A stretch of 64,000 nucleotides of DNA from positions 19,041,910 through 19,105,909 of the forward strand of contig NC_134031.1 of the NCBI RefSeq assembly GCF_964204645.1, given 5' to 3'. Positions within the stretch are counted from its first letter, which is position 1. Every line of letters starts with the position of its first letter. The DNA comes from Tubulanus polymorphus. Lineage: Eukaryota; Animalia; Nemertea. The position numbers and the translations under genes were made by a program. The notes beneath the pieces are model-generated. The model saw only the letters and a program-made list of their open reading frames with translations. It was not told where the DNA came from and made no database searches. Shown one piece after another: positions 47,901 through 64,000 of the stretch.

Positions 47901-50900
47901 CCAGAAACAACGCCGATAATACAAAAATTACACCGCGCTAATATCCGCACCGTCATGGTAACCGGTGATAACATGTTAACAGCGGTTAGCGTCGCGCGTG
48001 ATTGCAGCATGATCAAACCAGACGAACGTGTCGTATTAGTACAGGCTCATCCACCAGAGGGCGATCATACGGCGAGTATCGAGTGGACAGACGCGGAAAG
48101 CAGTCTCGTCGATTCAGACGGTGAATCGAGCGACACCGGCGAAAAAGAGTCAAAGGTCAGCTCCGAAATATTTCAGTTTTATGTACAGGTTCCCCTTGTA
48201 AAATGCTTTTAATGGTGTTTGAAATTTGGCATTTAGAAATTATCATCTAGTTAGTAGGTTGTACTATAAATTACCCCTAAATCAACTAAAGATGTGTTTA
48301 CATTTAATTTCTAGGTTTATCACGCTGTGAATATCGGACATGATAAATCTCAACGTTATCATTTCGCAATCAGCGGAAAATGTTTCTCCGTCATCAGACA
48401 ACATTTCCCAGAATTTATCCCGAGGGTGAGTACAGGCCGCGACCGGCGCTTGGTTTTAAAGCTGTCCGTTTGCACCCATTTTAAATGTGCTGTGGACTTA
48501 AACTGACTACACTGTTGAACTATGTCCTGCATTTTCGAAAGCAAAGATATTTTTTTCTTTCATTGAATGAATTATTTTTATATGAAATATATACCACTTA
48601 CAGAATGGAATTCAATCTTTACAAAAAACACAAAATTAACTGTACCTTTAGTCAAACCTCAACAGACAATCATAGAACTGGGTTTCATATCTGTGCCGTG
48701 TTCCACAGTTGTAAGAGTTAACTCTGAGTCAACGATAAGATTGTTTTTCAACCAAAAACTTCTAGGTCTCAGTTACTAGAATAATTGAATGATAAATGAA
48801 TACGTTTGTTTATGAAACAGTTGTCGATGCGAGGTACGGTATTCGCGCGGATGTCTCCCGATCAGAAAGCGACTCTAATCGAAGAGCTGCAGGATTTAAA
48901 CTACTGCGTCGGAATGTGCGGAGACGGCGCCAACGATTGCGGCGCGTTGAAGATGGCTCACGCGGGAATCTCTTTATCCGAGGCCGAGGCTTCGGTTGCT
49001 TCTCCATTCACGTCGAAAACTCCCAATATCGAATGCATTCCGATCGTTATCAAGTAAGTAATTACAAAAGTACGCTCGAAATCCGTTATAACGCTAACAT
49101 CGTTTTTAATGCAAACATTTTTCATAGAACAAATTTGCTCGATTTAACTCAAATTCAATAGAAATACCATTCTTTATAACGCCATGATTTCCATTTGTCC
49201 CAACAGTGATATTATAAACAGGACTTAAACTGTAGATCCCTCTCCTGATACACGACTGACGAGTGGTTTATTCGTGTTTATTTCAGGGAAGGTCGCGCGG
49301 CTTTAGTGACGTCGTTCGGTGTGTTTAAATACATGGCTCTCTACAGCATGATACAATTTATAACTGTGATTATTCTTTATCATGTAAGTGTTCACCGTAA
49401 AGTTGACCGCCAGGGGCTGCAGCTGATTATAAGTTGCTTAACCACTGGTGGAAAACCAAAGTTACAATGATGTTTTAATGTTCACTGTGTCAACTATCCA
49501 CACGTTTACTCAAACCACCTTCTGAGCAACTGGCCCCATTCTGCTTAATGTGCTGATAAAAAGTTATTTGTGAACTTTTCTCTTTCAGTTCATGACAAAT
49601 CTTGGTGATTTTCAATTCCTGTATATAGATCTCGTTATAACTACTACTGTTGCCATACTGAGTAAGTGTTTTTTTTTCAATGATTTCTGGAAGTATCTAC
49701 GGTAGTGTTATGAAGTTAGTTATATCATATCACGATTATTTCAGTGGGTCATACTGCTGCTTATGATAAACTGGTACCTGAACGTCCTAAAGGAAGTTTG
49801 CTCAGTCCGATTGTTTTAATATCGATCCTCGGACACATCACTTTACAAGCTGCTGTCCAGTATATAGCTCTACGTCTGCTTCAGCATCAGCCGTGGTGAG
49901 TTTTCAAACATCTGAACTCAGAACTCAGTAATAATAATATTCATAATAATATTTATTTCGCCATGAACATATGCAGTATAAATGATACATAGATTATAAA
50001 CAATTAACATACAAACACCGCTGGATGCTTGGAAAGCCAATGGAGGCCGTGTCCCGTAGGGATCCAAGCACCCAGAAAAAAAAATCAAAATTTAATAAAA
50101 TAAGGTAGAATGAGGGTGAAATGGAAACGCGAAATGGTAGTAATCTGTCCGCTGTAGAATTTTTGGATAAACCAGTTCAGAAAGGAATGAATGCATAGTC
50201 AATAATGATTTGGTGAATTGGTGTATTTACAGGTATATACGAACTCCAGGTAATACTCAGTCTGAACCTGTGATTTCGTGGGAAGTTTCACTTCTATTCA
50301 GTATATCAGCGTTTCAGTATTTGATTATGGCGTTCGTATTTTCGCAAGGACCGCCGTATAGGAAACCTATATGGAATAACAGTAGGTTTGGAGAGTAATA
50401 GTTTGAGTTTAAACTAAAAGAATCGGTAAATTTCTTCTTTATGAATTATTTCATGTTTTTCTCTATTTTCAGTGGCATTCTTGATTACGTTGATAGTTCT
50501 CACTGGTACAACTGCTTATCTGATGGTTTATCCGGCTAAACCTATCGCTCAATTCTTTAAGGTAAGAGTAATTGGTGACATCACCTGTATTTCTAACTAA
50601 GCTTATTTTCATTTCAAATGAAATTTTATCGGAAATATTTTTGGCACTGAACCATTGATGAAACACTCGTCAGCGTTGAACAATAGTGTAAAAATCCTGC
50701 TCTAAGAATGAAAATATAAGTCCGGAATTTCTGAAGATGACCATTAAGTTGAAGTGCCAATATATTTCATTACTAGCTCAAGAAAACATTTCCCACTTTA
50801 TTTTTCATCCTTCATTGTGGGATTTTCATATATTTTGTATCACCTCATGGTAAGTTGATCTGAAATCTTCTTTTCTAATTTTCAGCTGATTTTTGTTTCC

Positions 50901-51458
50901 GACGATTATTTAAACTTCAAACTGTCACTGCTCGGATTTCCGATCATAAACTTGCTTCTAGCTCTGATATTTGAAGTAAGTTACGAAGCGAATTACTCTA
51001 GGCTGAAATAAAATGATATGTTTCTTTCTCCTAATCAGTAGGGTCATTTTGTTAACTGCAATAAAATTTGCAAATCGGTTCATATCTGTGGTTGTTATGG
51101 TTAGTTTGATCATAAATAAATTTATGTACTCGGTCTGGGTCAACTTTTAAGCTCAACAAAAACGAGAAATAAGGTATCAATTCTTTTTAGCCTGGATTCT
51201 ATATGTTTGCTGCACGGCTTCAACATCATTTATTTTCCTCGTCTCATTTAGGATTACGTGGTGAACACTAAATGCATGTCGCGGTTTATTCGTTGGATTC
51301 GACGTAAAAAGAGCTCAAAGAGTAAATACAAACTGGTTGAACGTGAACTAGAAGAGCTTCCGAACTGGCCTCCGGTCGGTGAGCGCACGTACGCTGAACC
51401 AAACCTTCCCGACGATGAATTCCATTCTATACAACTAGAAAGACATTCGATTAATTAA
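38937..51458 (+). CDS. ATP13A3: P5B-type (polyamine-transporting) ATPase, ATP13A2/3-like, multi-exon
   Basis: [21 protein letters not shown]5B signature VPPALP, CFDK|[37 protein letters not shown]. Start exon (MDRRI at 38937) is less certain. Probably co-orthologous to several vertebrate ATP13A2-5 genes. Confidence 0.93.
43483..43583. mobile_element. About 100-bp MITE of an abundant family (ccagttccacagttgtgagtta TIR)
   Basis: Near-perfect TIRs; partial relatives at about 18357, 26590, 28156, 32877, 41737, 48699, 53172 and 61414. Confidence 0.75.
46272..46743 (+). other. Pair of paralogous, probably mutually exclusive exons in the ATPase (46272-46385, 46627-46743)
   Basis: [22 protein letters not shown]...FQ vs [22 protein letters not shown]...NQ; both phase 0-0, both ending CAG|gtgaaa. 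Confidence 0.8.
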
Positions 51459-52371
51459 TCTTTTTGGTTAGAAAATGAAACCTTGTTTCTCCTATTCGGC
51501 CGCATCACTTTTGTTAACTGCAATAAATTGTCAAACAGTTCATTTCCATAACTGCCATGTCTGTTATTGTTAGCTGTCATGATTTTTTTTAAAAGTTATG
51601 TACAGGGTAGATAGGGGCCGGCCGGGTCAACTGTAAAGCTCAGCAGAACGGAGAAACAAGGTATCAATTTAGCCTTAGCTCTAGTATAATTTAGATAAAA
51701 TATCTGTTGCTATGAGGTGTATGCTAGTCTGTGTAAAGGGCTCGGGGGGGGGGGGGGGTTTAAGAAACTGAGTCTATTGATGCTTGAACTGCCCCCAAAT
51801 TCGGACAATTTCGCTACCGGTAAATCTATGATAATTAGAAACGCTTATAGAAATTCGAGAAACATGTACACGATCAACTATGCTTCTATAAGCTGGAACT
51901 GGCAATAGTACCGGTATGGTATAACCGTGTAATAGGTGAACTGAAGATATTCATCGGGACCAAAATACAATATAAACGTTTCTACGATGTATGCAATGAT
52001 GATATAAGCATAGTGACTTAGAAAGATTTAAGGACCAATTTATGCCAGGTAAACATGTATACTCAGTCTCGGTATATTACACTTGTATCCTTTAGTCTTA
52101 TTCTTCCTGGGCTGGGGTAATGTTTTCTATATTTTTTTGTATTGTTTTATGACAGATCGTTCGACACTATTTGTATTTTGCTACTGCTCAATGTAGTGTC
52201 AGTCTTTTAGGGGCTTGTGATAACTTCAAACTTTTGATTCGTATACGACTGCCTTTGATTTGTAAACTGTAAGATGTTCAATATTATAACAAATAAAATC
52301 TACGTTTAGCATTAAACCAGCATTTTTAAGACAATATTCGGTTGTTCACAATTTATTTATTTGACAAACAA

Positions 52372-56260
<3,889 letters not shown>

Positions 56261-56428
56261 TATTAGTTTTTAGTAGATTTGTACATGTTACTTGTTCGAC
56301 GACCTTGAGAGAATTCGTGGGATATTGAACCGTATTTGCGGGATTCGAACCCACCCACGTCTTGACATAAACCCGGAAGTAAAACAAGGCTCCTTTCATT
56401 TTTTCTTCGTTTCACCTCTCTTAAAACG
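56261..56428. promoter_or_regulatory. 168-bp bidirectional promoter NSUN5 / SHP-like phosphatase
   Basis: Divergent ATGs at 56260 and 56429; ETS site ccggaagt at about 56373; B-box gggattcgaaccc at about 56340. Confidence 0.65.
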
Positions 56429-59400
56429 ATGGAAATCGAAACGGTTTCAGCGGTAACCTCTAACGGAGAAGCAGATTATGAGAACACGTTGACTGGTGCT
56501 GCAGTAAAATGGCAACATCGCAGTTATACGCGGTAAGGGCAACTCTTCTTCAGGTCACCGCCACGACGGGCGGAGATTTCACTTCAATCTTCCTCCTCCA
56601 CCACCAACCAGCACTGATAGCAGCAGACCAGCAGTGCGATGCCATGGTGCCATCCAATTTAACAAAAAAATTACGAATTAGAATAGGATGTTTTGTCATT
56701 CATCTTTTTGATATGATATTCATAAACATATGGTAGAAAAAGTGACGCTTCATAAAAAGTAGAAAATACTAAAGTGGCTATATGTACGGCGTCGTTAAGC
56801 AGTTGCATATTCTATATTTACGACAGTTCTATATTGAATTTAGGATTTGCCTTGAATTTTCTAAGTCGCGCACCCTAGTGGGCATGCGCAACCTGAGATA
56901 ACCAATCAGAATGAAACGTCGTAAATATAGCTGGTGTTGTCCGTCTACGGCGTCGTAACAATAGCCTGAGCGTAGAAAATACTTGTGGTTTTGAAATAGG
57001 GCCTAATATGCAAGATAGGTTGGCCTATCGATTAATCACCCAGTCCTGGCAGTGATCTAAACTTACCCTACGACATCTTACGTTTGTTCATTATATCATT
57101 TTGACGATAAATCTGGTTTTTAGAACGATTAAATTTAAGATACAAAAATGATGCAGGGTTTAGCGATGAGACACGCATCGCTCAAGTGTCTTGTTGGTAA
57201 CGAACTACATTGTTACAATGCCAAGTTTCAAAGTGAAAAAATGGTGTCATTTTTGCTATTTCTGTATTTATATCGCATCAAGCTTGGATTATGATGAAAG
57301 AACCTCCGAAAGAATATAATAATAAGAAAAATGAATATTTGAAGTTTGTAATGAGAGTTTATTTTTCACAATCGGTTTGGTGAAACTGGATATCTGGTGG
57401 TTTAAAGTCACAGTGATTGAAAAGTATTGAGAAAATGTCGTTCGTGTCTTTAGTGTCTGTGGTACATCAGACACTAAGGTTCTTGGTGAAATCAATTATT
57501 GATGTATTTGTAACTGTTTTCCATTGTGTAGATGCTATCATGCGAATATTAAAAGCAGTCAGGATGCTGAACGAGTTCTAATTGAGAAAGGACGAATCGG
57601 CAGTTTTCTGTTGAGACCGAGTAAGAATACGCCGGGAAACTTCACTATCTCCGTCAGGTACGAAACATCGTAATATTGATAATAAGATTGAGCCCTTATT
57701 TCCAATGGGATAGCCGCAACACTACTGAGGCAAGCGAGGATTCAGTGACAATCCACCAGATGTCACTACTTCTGCATTTCAATTAAATTAGAATCAACTT
57801 TTCTCATTATTCAATCAATTTTCAATTACTACCGTAGCTGAGTGAGAAAGTCAATCTTATACTTATCCGCTGACTTCTTTGATGATTTTCGCATTTGGAT
57901 GCCTAAAAATCAAGTTCAAATTTCATCGAAAATGAGCTGATTTTCACTATACGCATGACCCAGTGTTTTGTTACGCCATCTGGTGGTGCTGGTATCCCAT
58001 TAAATTCATCCAGTTCACTGTTGTTATAAGTGGGAGTTAAAGTGAGTTCATTTTAGTCGATTTTCGATGAGTGAAATCTTAAGTGACACAACCTGTAGTA
58101 CTGGATCCATTGTAATGTGTATTGTATATGACTAATGAATGATGCGTTTATTTCAGGCTCCCAGATAACAGTATTTTGCACATACGCATTAACAATGGCG
58201 GTGATTTCTATCAGATTTACGGCAGCACGCTCGATCAACTGGCATTCGCTAGTATCAACGATTTAATGGAGTACTACTCCAATCCCGAACATCCGCTAAC
58301 ACAACGTAATCAAACCATTGAATTGAAATATCCGCTCAATTGCGCAGACACTATAAACGAACGGTAAGATCAGGGATATTTATGTCCTGGGTCGGATCCT
58401 GGTGGAATTCTTTAGGGCAGATTATATTTTAGAAAAGGTGCGCTAGCTGTGGTGCAATTTTCACCGCAAATAATAATATGATGATTTATTTGCATAAAAG
58501 ATTGTTACGGAGTTAACGTATAAATACGTAATTTAAGCAAAACAATGTACCAATATATACGCGAGGAATAAGGAGAAGCCAAAGTTGGATAAATTTAGTC
58601 GTAATCCCCCGTCCTTTTACGCTCCACACAGACAAAGCCCACACCAAATCACATTCATTCCTAATTTACCAAACAACACAAATATCAATGTAAATAGAAA
58701 TTGGAAAAGCGATTTTGAAATAAAAAGGGCACTCAGGATTTTGAGGATCTTAATCTTATGCAAGTCTCATAAAACATAAAACATTGATTGTTTTGTATTC
58801 TAAATTGTGAAAATAGTTTACTGTAAATTCCGTCATTCAGCAAGATTTAACATAAATGGAATTTCAACATGAAGACTTGATATTATATAAACTAAACGAG
58901 GAAGTTTGCTAGACGTATTGAAGCGATATTTAGAGATTTAAAAGCATGGGTATCTATTTATAGGATATGACGTAATAGAAATTTTTAAGTTGTTTTTATT
59001 TCATAAATGTTTTGGGAAAAACCGGTTTTAGAAATTACTGGTTTGAAATATTTTGTTGATCTTGTAACCTGACGGACAACTCCTCCCAAAAATGTATCTC
59101 CATTCAACAAATTGACATCTCTTAATTACCGAGTTGCATTCGTTAATTGAATCAACTACACACGATTACTATAACTCCAACGCTACTGGCAATCAAGGAT
59201 TCACCAGGTGTCGCTAGTAATTACTCAGATTTCCACGTATAATTCCTTCTAGAATTCTGTTAAAATCGAATGAACTTTTTTTCTTGACCGAATCAATTAT
59301 TATCCATTAATTACCGAGTAGAAAAAATGAATTGAGAATACGTTTGATGGGTCCTTTGATAAATGTATTGATTCGCGAGCCTAAAAATACACTTTGAAAT

Positions 59401-62400
59401 TCATTGATACCGTAATTAAGATCGAACGCTCATCTGGCAATTTTGCGGTCCCAAATTTGAAACAAACTTCAATATTAATCATGTTATATTACTGGATTCA
59501 TGCATGGATTGTTGCCAGTTGAAATTTCTATTATTATTTGTCTAATCTAGGTGGTTCCATGGTCTCCTATCGAATAAAGATGCTGTTGAACTATTGAAAG
59601 ACGACGGTGATTTTCTGGTGCGAGAAAGTAATAAATCTCCCGGTAATTTCGTCATCTCGTTACTTATGGATGAAAAACCAGTTCATCTTCTTGTTGAACA
59701 CAAACCAGCGGTACGTGGTCTAAAATTTGCAAAATTATAAGATTTGTTCCTTAGAAATTATTCATAATGCTAAATGCTAAATTTCTCGTTTTCAGTAACT
59801 TCAACGATTCAGTGAAATTATGATTAGTTACTGATGACGACTTTCTCATTCTCATTAACTTCAATGATTCAGTAAAATTATGATTAGTTACTGATGACGA
59901 CTTTCTCATTCTCATTAACTTCAATGATTCAGTAAAATTATGATTAGTTACTGATGACAACTTTCTCATTCTCATTAACTTCAATGATTCAGTAAAATTA
60001 TGATTAGTTACTGATGACAACTTTCTCATTCTCATTAACTTCTATGATTCAGTAAAATTATGATTAGTTACTAACAACTACCTTCTCATTCCGGATGATT
60101 TCAGTAAAATGATAATTATAACTGTAGTGTAGAGAATTAAGCTTTCAATGATGACTTTTCTATATCTGTTTCAGGAGGGTGTGTTTAATATGTCGGGAAA
60201 ATCATACAATTCAATGAGCGAAATCATCGACATGATGACCGAATCGGCCTTTTATACGAAAGATGAAACCGCCATCTATCTGAGAACTCCGATCTACACG
60301 TCGACGGTTTTAAACGCGGCAGGAATCGCGAACCGCGTTCAACAACTTATCAGCACCGGCGTGAAATACGGTTTGAAAACCACTACAGAAATCGGTTTTA
60401 TCGAGGAATTTCAGGTCGGTATTTTTATGAAGAAGTGCCGGAATTTATACCATAACAATTCCGTCAACAATGAGAACCCCCGGGTGTCACTAACTATCTC
60501 CATCACCTGGCGTGATCAACAGTGCGAAAACTCGATCAAAATTTGACGAATCACGACTCTGGATAGAATCAGTTTGATCCGAAAGTTTCATTCGTATCGA
60601 CAATATTTATGAAATGAAGCGGCTAGAGGGTTACCGAGCCCGATGACATGCCTGTATATTACTACTATATGAGTTGAGTTTATATGAAAAACGGAAATCT
60701 GGAGAAATCTGGTATCGTCGATCGACACAGTTGACAGCCGAGTCAACGCACTGAAATACAGGGTCCGATCTAAAGGAATGAAAGCCACTTGTCCGGGGGC
60801 CAGCATATCTGAAATTTTGCTTGCCCCCCCTCCAAAAGGCTACTCGCCCTACACAGGCAGTCCGATTGGTGGCACTATCATCTGTTGTATCGAGTTGGAA
60901 AAAAGCTTTGTGACATGAAATTGCACTAGCCCGGGGGACAAGTGATAAATGATAACCTACTTGCCCTGATGAGAATATACTTGTCCCCGGCAATCGGTGC
61001 TTAGATCGGACCCTGGAAATACATGTATTGTATTGATTATTTTTCTAGGCACTTCAAACGATGGATACACGCGGTTATAACCAGGCGATCGCGAAAGCCG
61101 ACTTCAATCGAACGAGAAATCGATACAAGAACATTCTACCGTGTATTTATTATCATTTAGTCTACCAAATATTATGCGTGAACTATTTTTGCAATTCGGA
61201 TTTAAAAAAAAAACAAATTAATCGTCATTTTCAGATGATCATTGCCGGGTGGTTCTTAGAAACAGCGACCCCAGCACGAAAGGATCTGATTATATAAACG
61301 CTAGTTATATCACTGTAAGTAAGATACTAAACTCACATAACAAGCCCCACTTGTGTAGTTTTTGCCTATTGGGTTTTAAAACATCGGAAATGAGCTAATT
61401 TTTACTTGAGGGTCAACTGTGGAACTCGATTCTATACATTTTCACGGTAATTTAACTGTGAAACTGGGGGCCAACTCACAAACTGACTTAACACTTATTA
61501 AAGTTTCATTACTATAGTGTAATCATGACTACAAAACGCCCCCTAAAATACTAAAATCAAAACTATTTTTGTTAGGTAAAAATTATTGATTTTACATATA
61601 TCACAGCTTGAAGATGATACTTGTAAACACCAGCGAGTAATCGCCGCTCAAGGTCCGTTACAAGGAACGGTGACTGATTTCTGGAGAATGGTCTGGCAGG
61701 AGAACTCGCGTGTTATTATCATGGTTACGAAAGAGGTCGAATTAGGGAAAGTAAGTGCGGTGCCTGATAAACTCGAACAGCTCCATGTTAGATCAATTGA
61801 GATTGAGTTGGAATTCTATTGCCAATCTAACCTTACCGGTATGATTTAAGACCACTTTTAAACTTAAGTCGCTACTGGGCCCTGGTTAGAAGTTATATTT
61901 GATCTAAAAAACTAGCTCTTAGTGACTAAATTTTAGGAAAACAAAAACCATGTTGGTCATTTGCTCAAAACATATTAATGATATGAAACATTTTAAAGCA
62001 TAGTTCCCCTATTATATTCACAATTGTTGTTGTGTTTTAGAATAAATGTGCGCGATATTGGCCTGAGGTAGGCGAGACAGCGAACTACGATGCGCCTAAC
62101 GGAACGTTTATCATCAGAACCAGCGATGAACAAAATATGCCCGACCTCGTTGTACGACATTTTTACTTATCGATGGAAGGAGAGGTAAAAATCATCGACG
62201 GTTTCTGATCGTTTTAAAAATTGTTGTATTGGGATTTTTCTGATAAACGTTTCTCGTATTGTAGAAGGCGTCTCCGCGAAAAATCACGCAGTTATTCTTC
62301 AAAGTTTGGCCCGATCACGGAACGCCCACCGATCCCGGTGTAGTGCACAATATGTTGTACGAAGCGAACCAACACCAGCTGCCAAACGCTGGACCTATGG

Positions 62401-63668
62401 TCATACACTGCAGGTAAACACATGTATTTACCGTGTATCAAATATTTGTAAACATGAACAGTTGTCTGTTTGTCTGTATCTGTAAATGTCTGTAAGTTAT
62501 CGTCTGTATCGAAGAAAAACCCGCGATTGAAAGAAATACTGCAAGTAACTATGCTAAAAGAAATGATACCTTGTTTCTCTAAATCGGCCGGTCATTTTCT
62601 AAACCACAATAAGATTAGTAAAAAAAAAGGCAGACTAGCTCAATGATGAACGAATAGTAGTAATAAGGTTGAGTGTATTATCGTTTCAGCGCTGGAATTG
62701 GTCGTACCGGTACCGTCATTATGATCGACTTACTTTCGAATAAAATTCGCCAGTTGGGTAAGATGTTGAAAACGTATCCATTTCAGGCTGCAGTCGGTAG
62801 AACCCACTTAATTCAGATTCCTGGATATTAATCCGGTTTATGATATATCCAGATAAAACATACCTTAGAAGCGTTTATGTATAAATGGACGATAGATATC
62901 CAGATTAGATCGACTTATTGGTGTTTGATTGTAGTTTATTTGAAATTGATTTATTTAAATCACTGATAACTGATGAAATGTTTGTTGATATATATAGGTT
63001 TAGAATGTGAGATCGATATACAGAAGACGTTGTGTATTCTGCGTAGTCAGAGACCGGGAATGGTGCAAACCGTCGACCAGTATCGATATATTTATCTCGC
63101 GATGGCGAATTACGTAGACATGATTAAAGTCCGTCTGGAAGAAGAACAGGTTTGTGAACATGACTCGGAGGGTACGGGTTTATGCGGACACCGTTATCTT
63201 GACTAACTACAATAGAATTCCGGAAAGACAGTGTCCTGTCTTCATGGCTTGATTGATGGGGTGTTTGACTATGAATCGAGAGTTGTTGGGTTCAAACCAC
63301 AGTGAACCCATGCTACTTTTCGGTCAGGACACAAAATTCCCCAGCTCACTGGTTTAACAACCCAATTCCGGATGCAAAAACATCAAATTTGATCTCAGCA
63401 GCGCACAGAATACAGAATACTGGTTTTTGTCATATTGGTTGAAGGACTGGTACAATTTTAAGTAGTTCAGATAGAATCTGTTTAAGATTCTGAGAAAATG
63501 CTCAACAGTTGAATCTATATGTGAGATCCTGATATAACTGTTTTGTTTACAGAAAAGTCGAGAAGAAGATGGTAATGAATACGCTAATGTGATGTGTCGG
63601 GGAGGTGTAATAAACGTTATCAATGAAACACCAGCAGCTGCTCCTGCGGCTCCTATAGCTCCTCAACG
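56429..63668 (+). CDS. PTPN11: Tandem-SH2 non-receptor tyrosine phosphatase, SHP2/corkscrew-like but divergent; 3' end beyond the window
   Basis: N-SH2 GSFLLRPSK...NGGDFY...[10 protein letters not shown]; C-SH2 WFHG...GDFLVRES; [49 protein letters not shown]; tail EYANV. Orthology to PTPN11 versus a lineage-specific paralogue is unresolved. Confidence 0.85.
59795..60090. repeat. 60-bp intronic tandem repeat x about 5
   Basis: tgattagttactgatgacRactttctcattctcattaacttcaatgattcagtaaaatta repeated line for line. Confidence 0.95.
60759..61015. mobile_element. hAT-like MITE (CAGGG...CCCTG ends)
   Basis: 15-bp perfect TIR cagggtccgatctaa / ttagatcggaccctg; gaaata direct repeat on both flanks; repeated internal acttgYcc motifs. 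Confidence 0.7.
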
Positions 63669-63906
63669 GTTAGTTATTACTGGTTTATATTCACTGTCCA
63701 CTGGGCCCATTCATGAGCCAGGATCACACGAGTGTTTTTGACCCGGAACAATTGTTCACGCAAGTGCCAAATTGGGCTGGCACCAAAGCACAGGACAATC
63801 GATTGCGCGTGAATTGCAACTGGATCAAGACATGAATTTGTTTGAGCATTATTTAGTAACAAGTGAGTGGTTCGGGTGTGAGCGCGCTCTATAGGCACTG
63901 GGCCAA

Positions 63907-63984
63907 ATCTGACTCAGGCTTGATCCATGCCAATCTGACTCAGGCTTGATCCACGCCAATCTGACTCAGGTTTGATCCACGCAA
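63907..63984. repeat. 26-bp tandem repeat x3, each with TGACTCA (AP-1 consensus)
   Basis: aatctgactcaggcttgatccacgcc units. Confidence 0.85.
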
Positions 63985-64000
63985 ATTTGAATTGGCCTGG

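Noticed and set aside
50777-50849. Possible alternative hydrophobic exon in the ATPase
   Set aside because: Has ag and gtaagt boundaries, but 73 nt breaks the frame and it shows no clear similarity to the neighbouring TM exon.
56330-56420. tRNA gene suggested by GGTTCGAATCC (also at 8706)
   Set aside because: No A-box, acceptor stem or cloverleaf.
59751-60035. 94-aa repetitive minus ORF
   Set aside because: Translation of the 60-bp intronic tandem repeat.

Overview
AT-rich, intron-containing animal (invertebrate, probably lophotrochozoan-type) genomic DNA; nothing prokaryotic. Gene order: 3' end of a synaptobrevin/VAMP gene with two alternative transmembrane/C-terminal ends (+); a ZNFX1-family SF1 helicase (+); B3GALT6 (-); UBE2J2 (+); phospholipid scramblase (-); PPP1R35-like (-); SDHB (+); P5B ATPase ATP13A2/3-like (+); NSUN5 (-); and a divergent SHP2/PTPN11-like tandem-SH2 phosphatase (+, runs off the window). 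The best candidate for an undescribed system is the ZNFX1 locus. Manual splicing shows an N-terminal RRM on three small exons missed by the ORF track, a recently amplified 150-bp zinc-finger repeat, and a C-terminal RZ-like finger apparently lacking the catalytic Cys. It sits behind a duplicated IRF/ISRE-type element. Other notable signals: two 32-bp CATG...CATG palindromes with 7-bp target-site duplications (TSDs) that look like P-element excision footprints, tiny hairpin elements with 9-bp TSDs, two Penelope-type minimal hammerhead motifs, duplicated (probably mutually exclusive) exons in the ATPase, and gene pairs that are also neighbours on human 1p36. All exon models were read by eye and family comparisons are from memory; no database searches were run.
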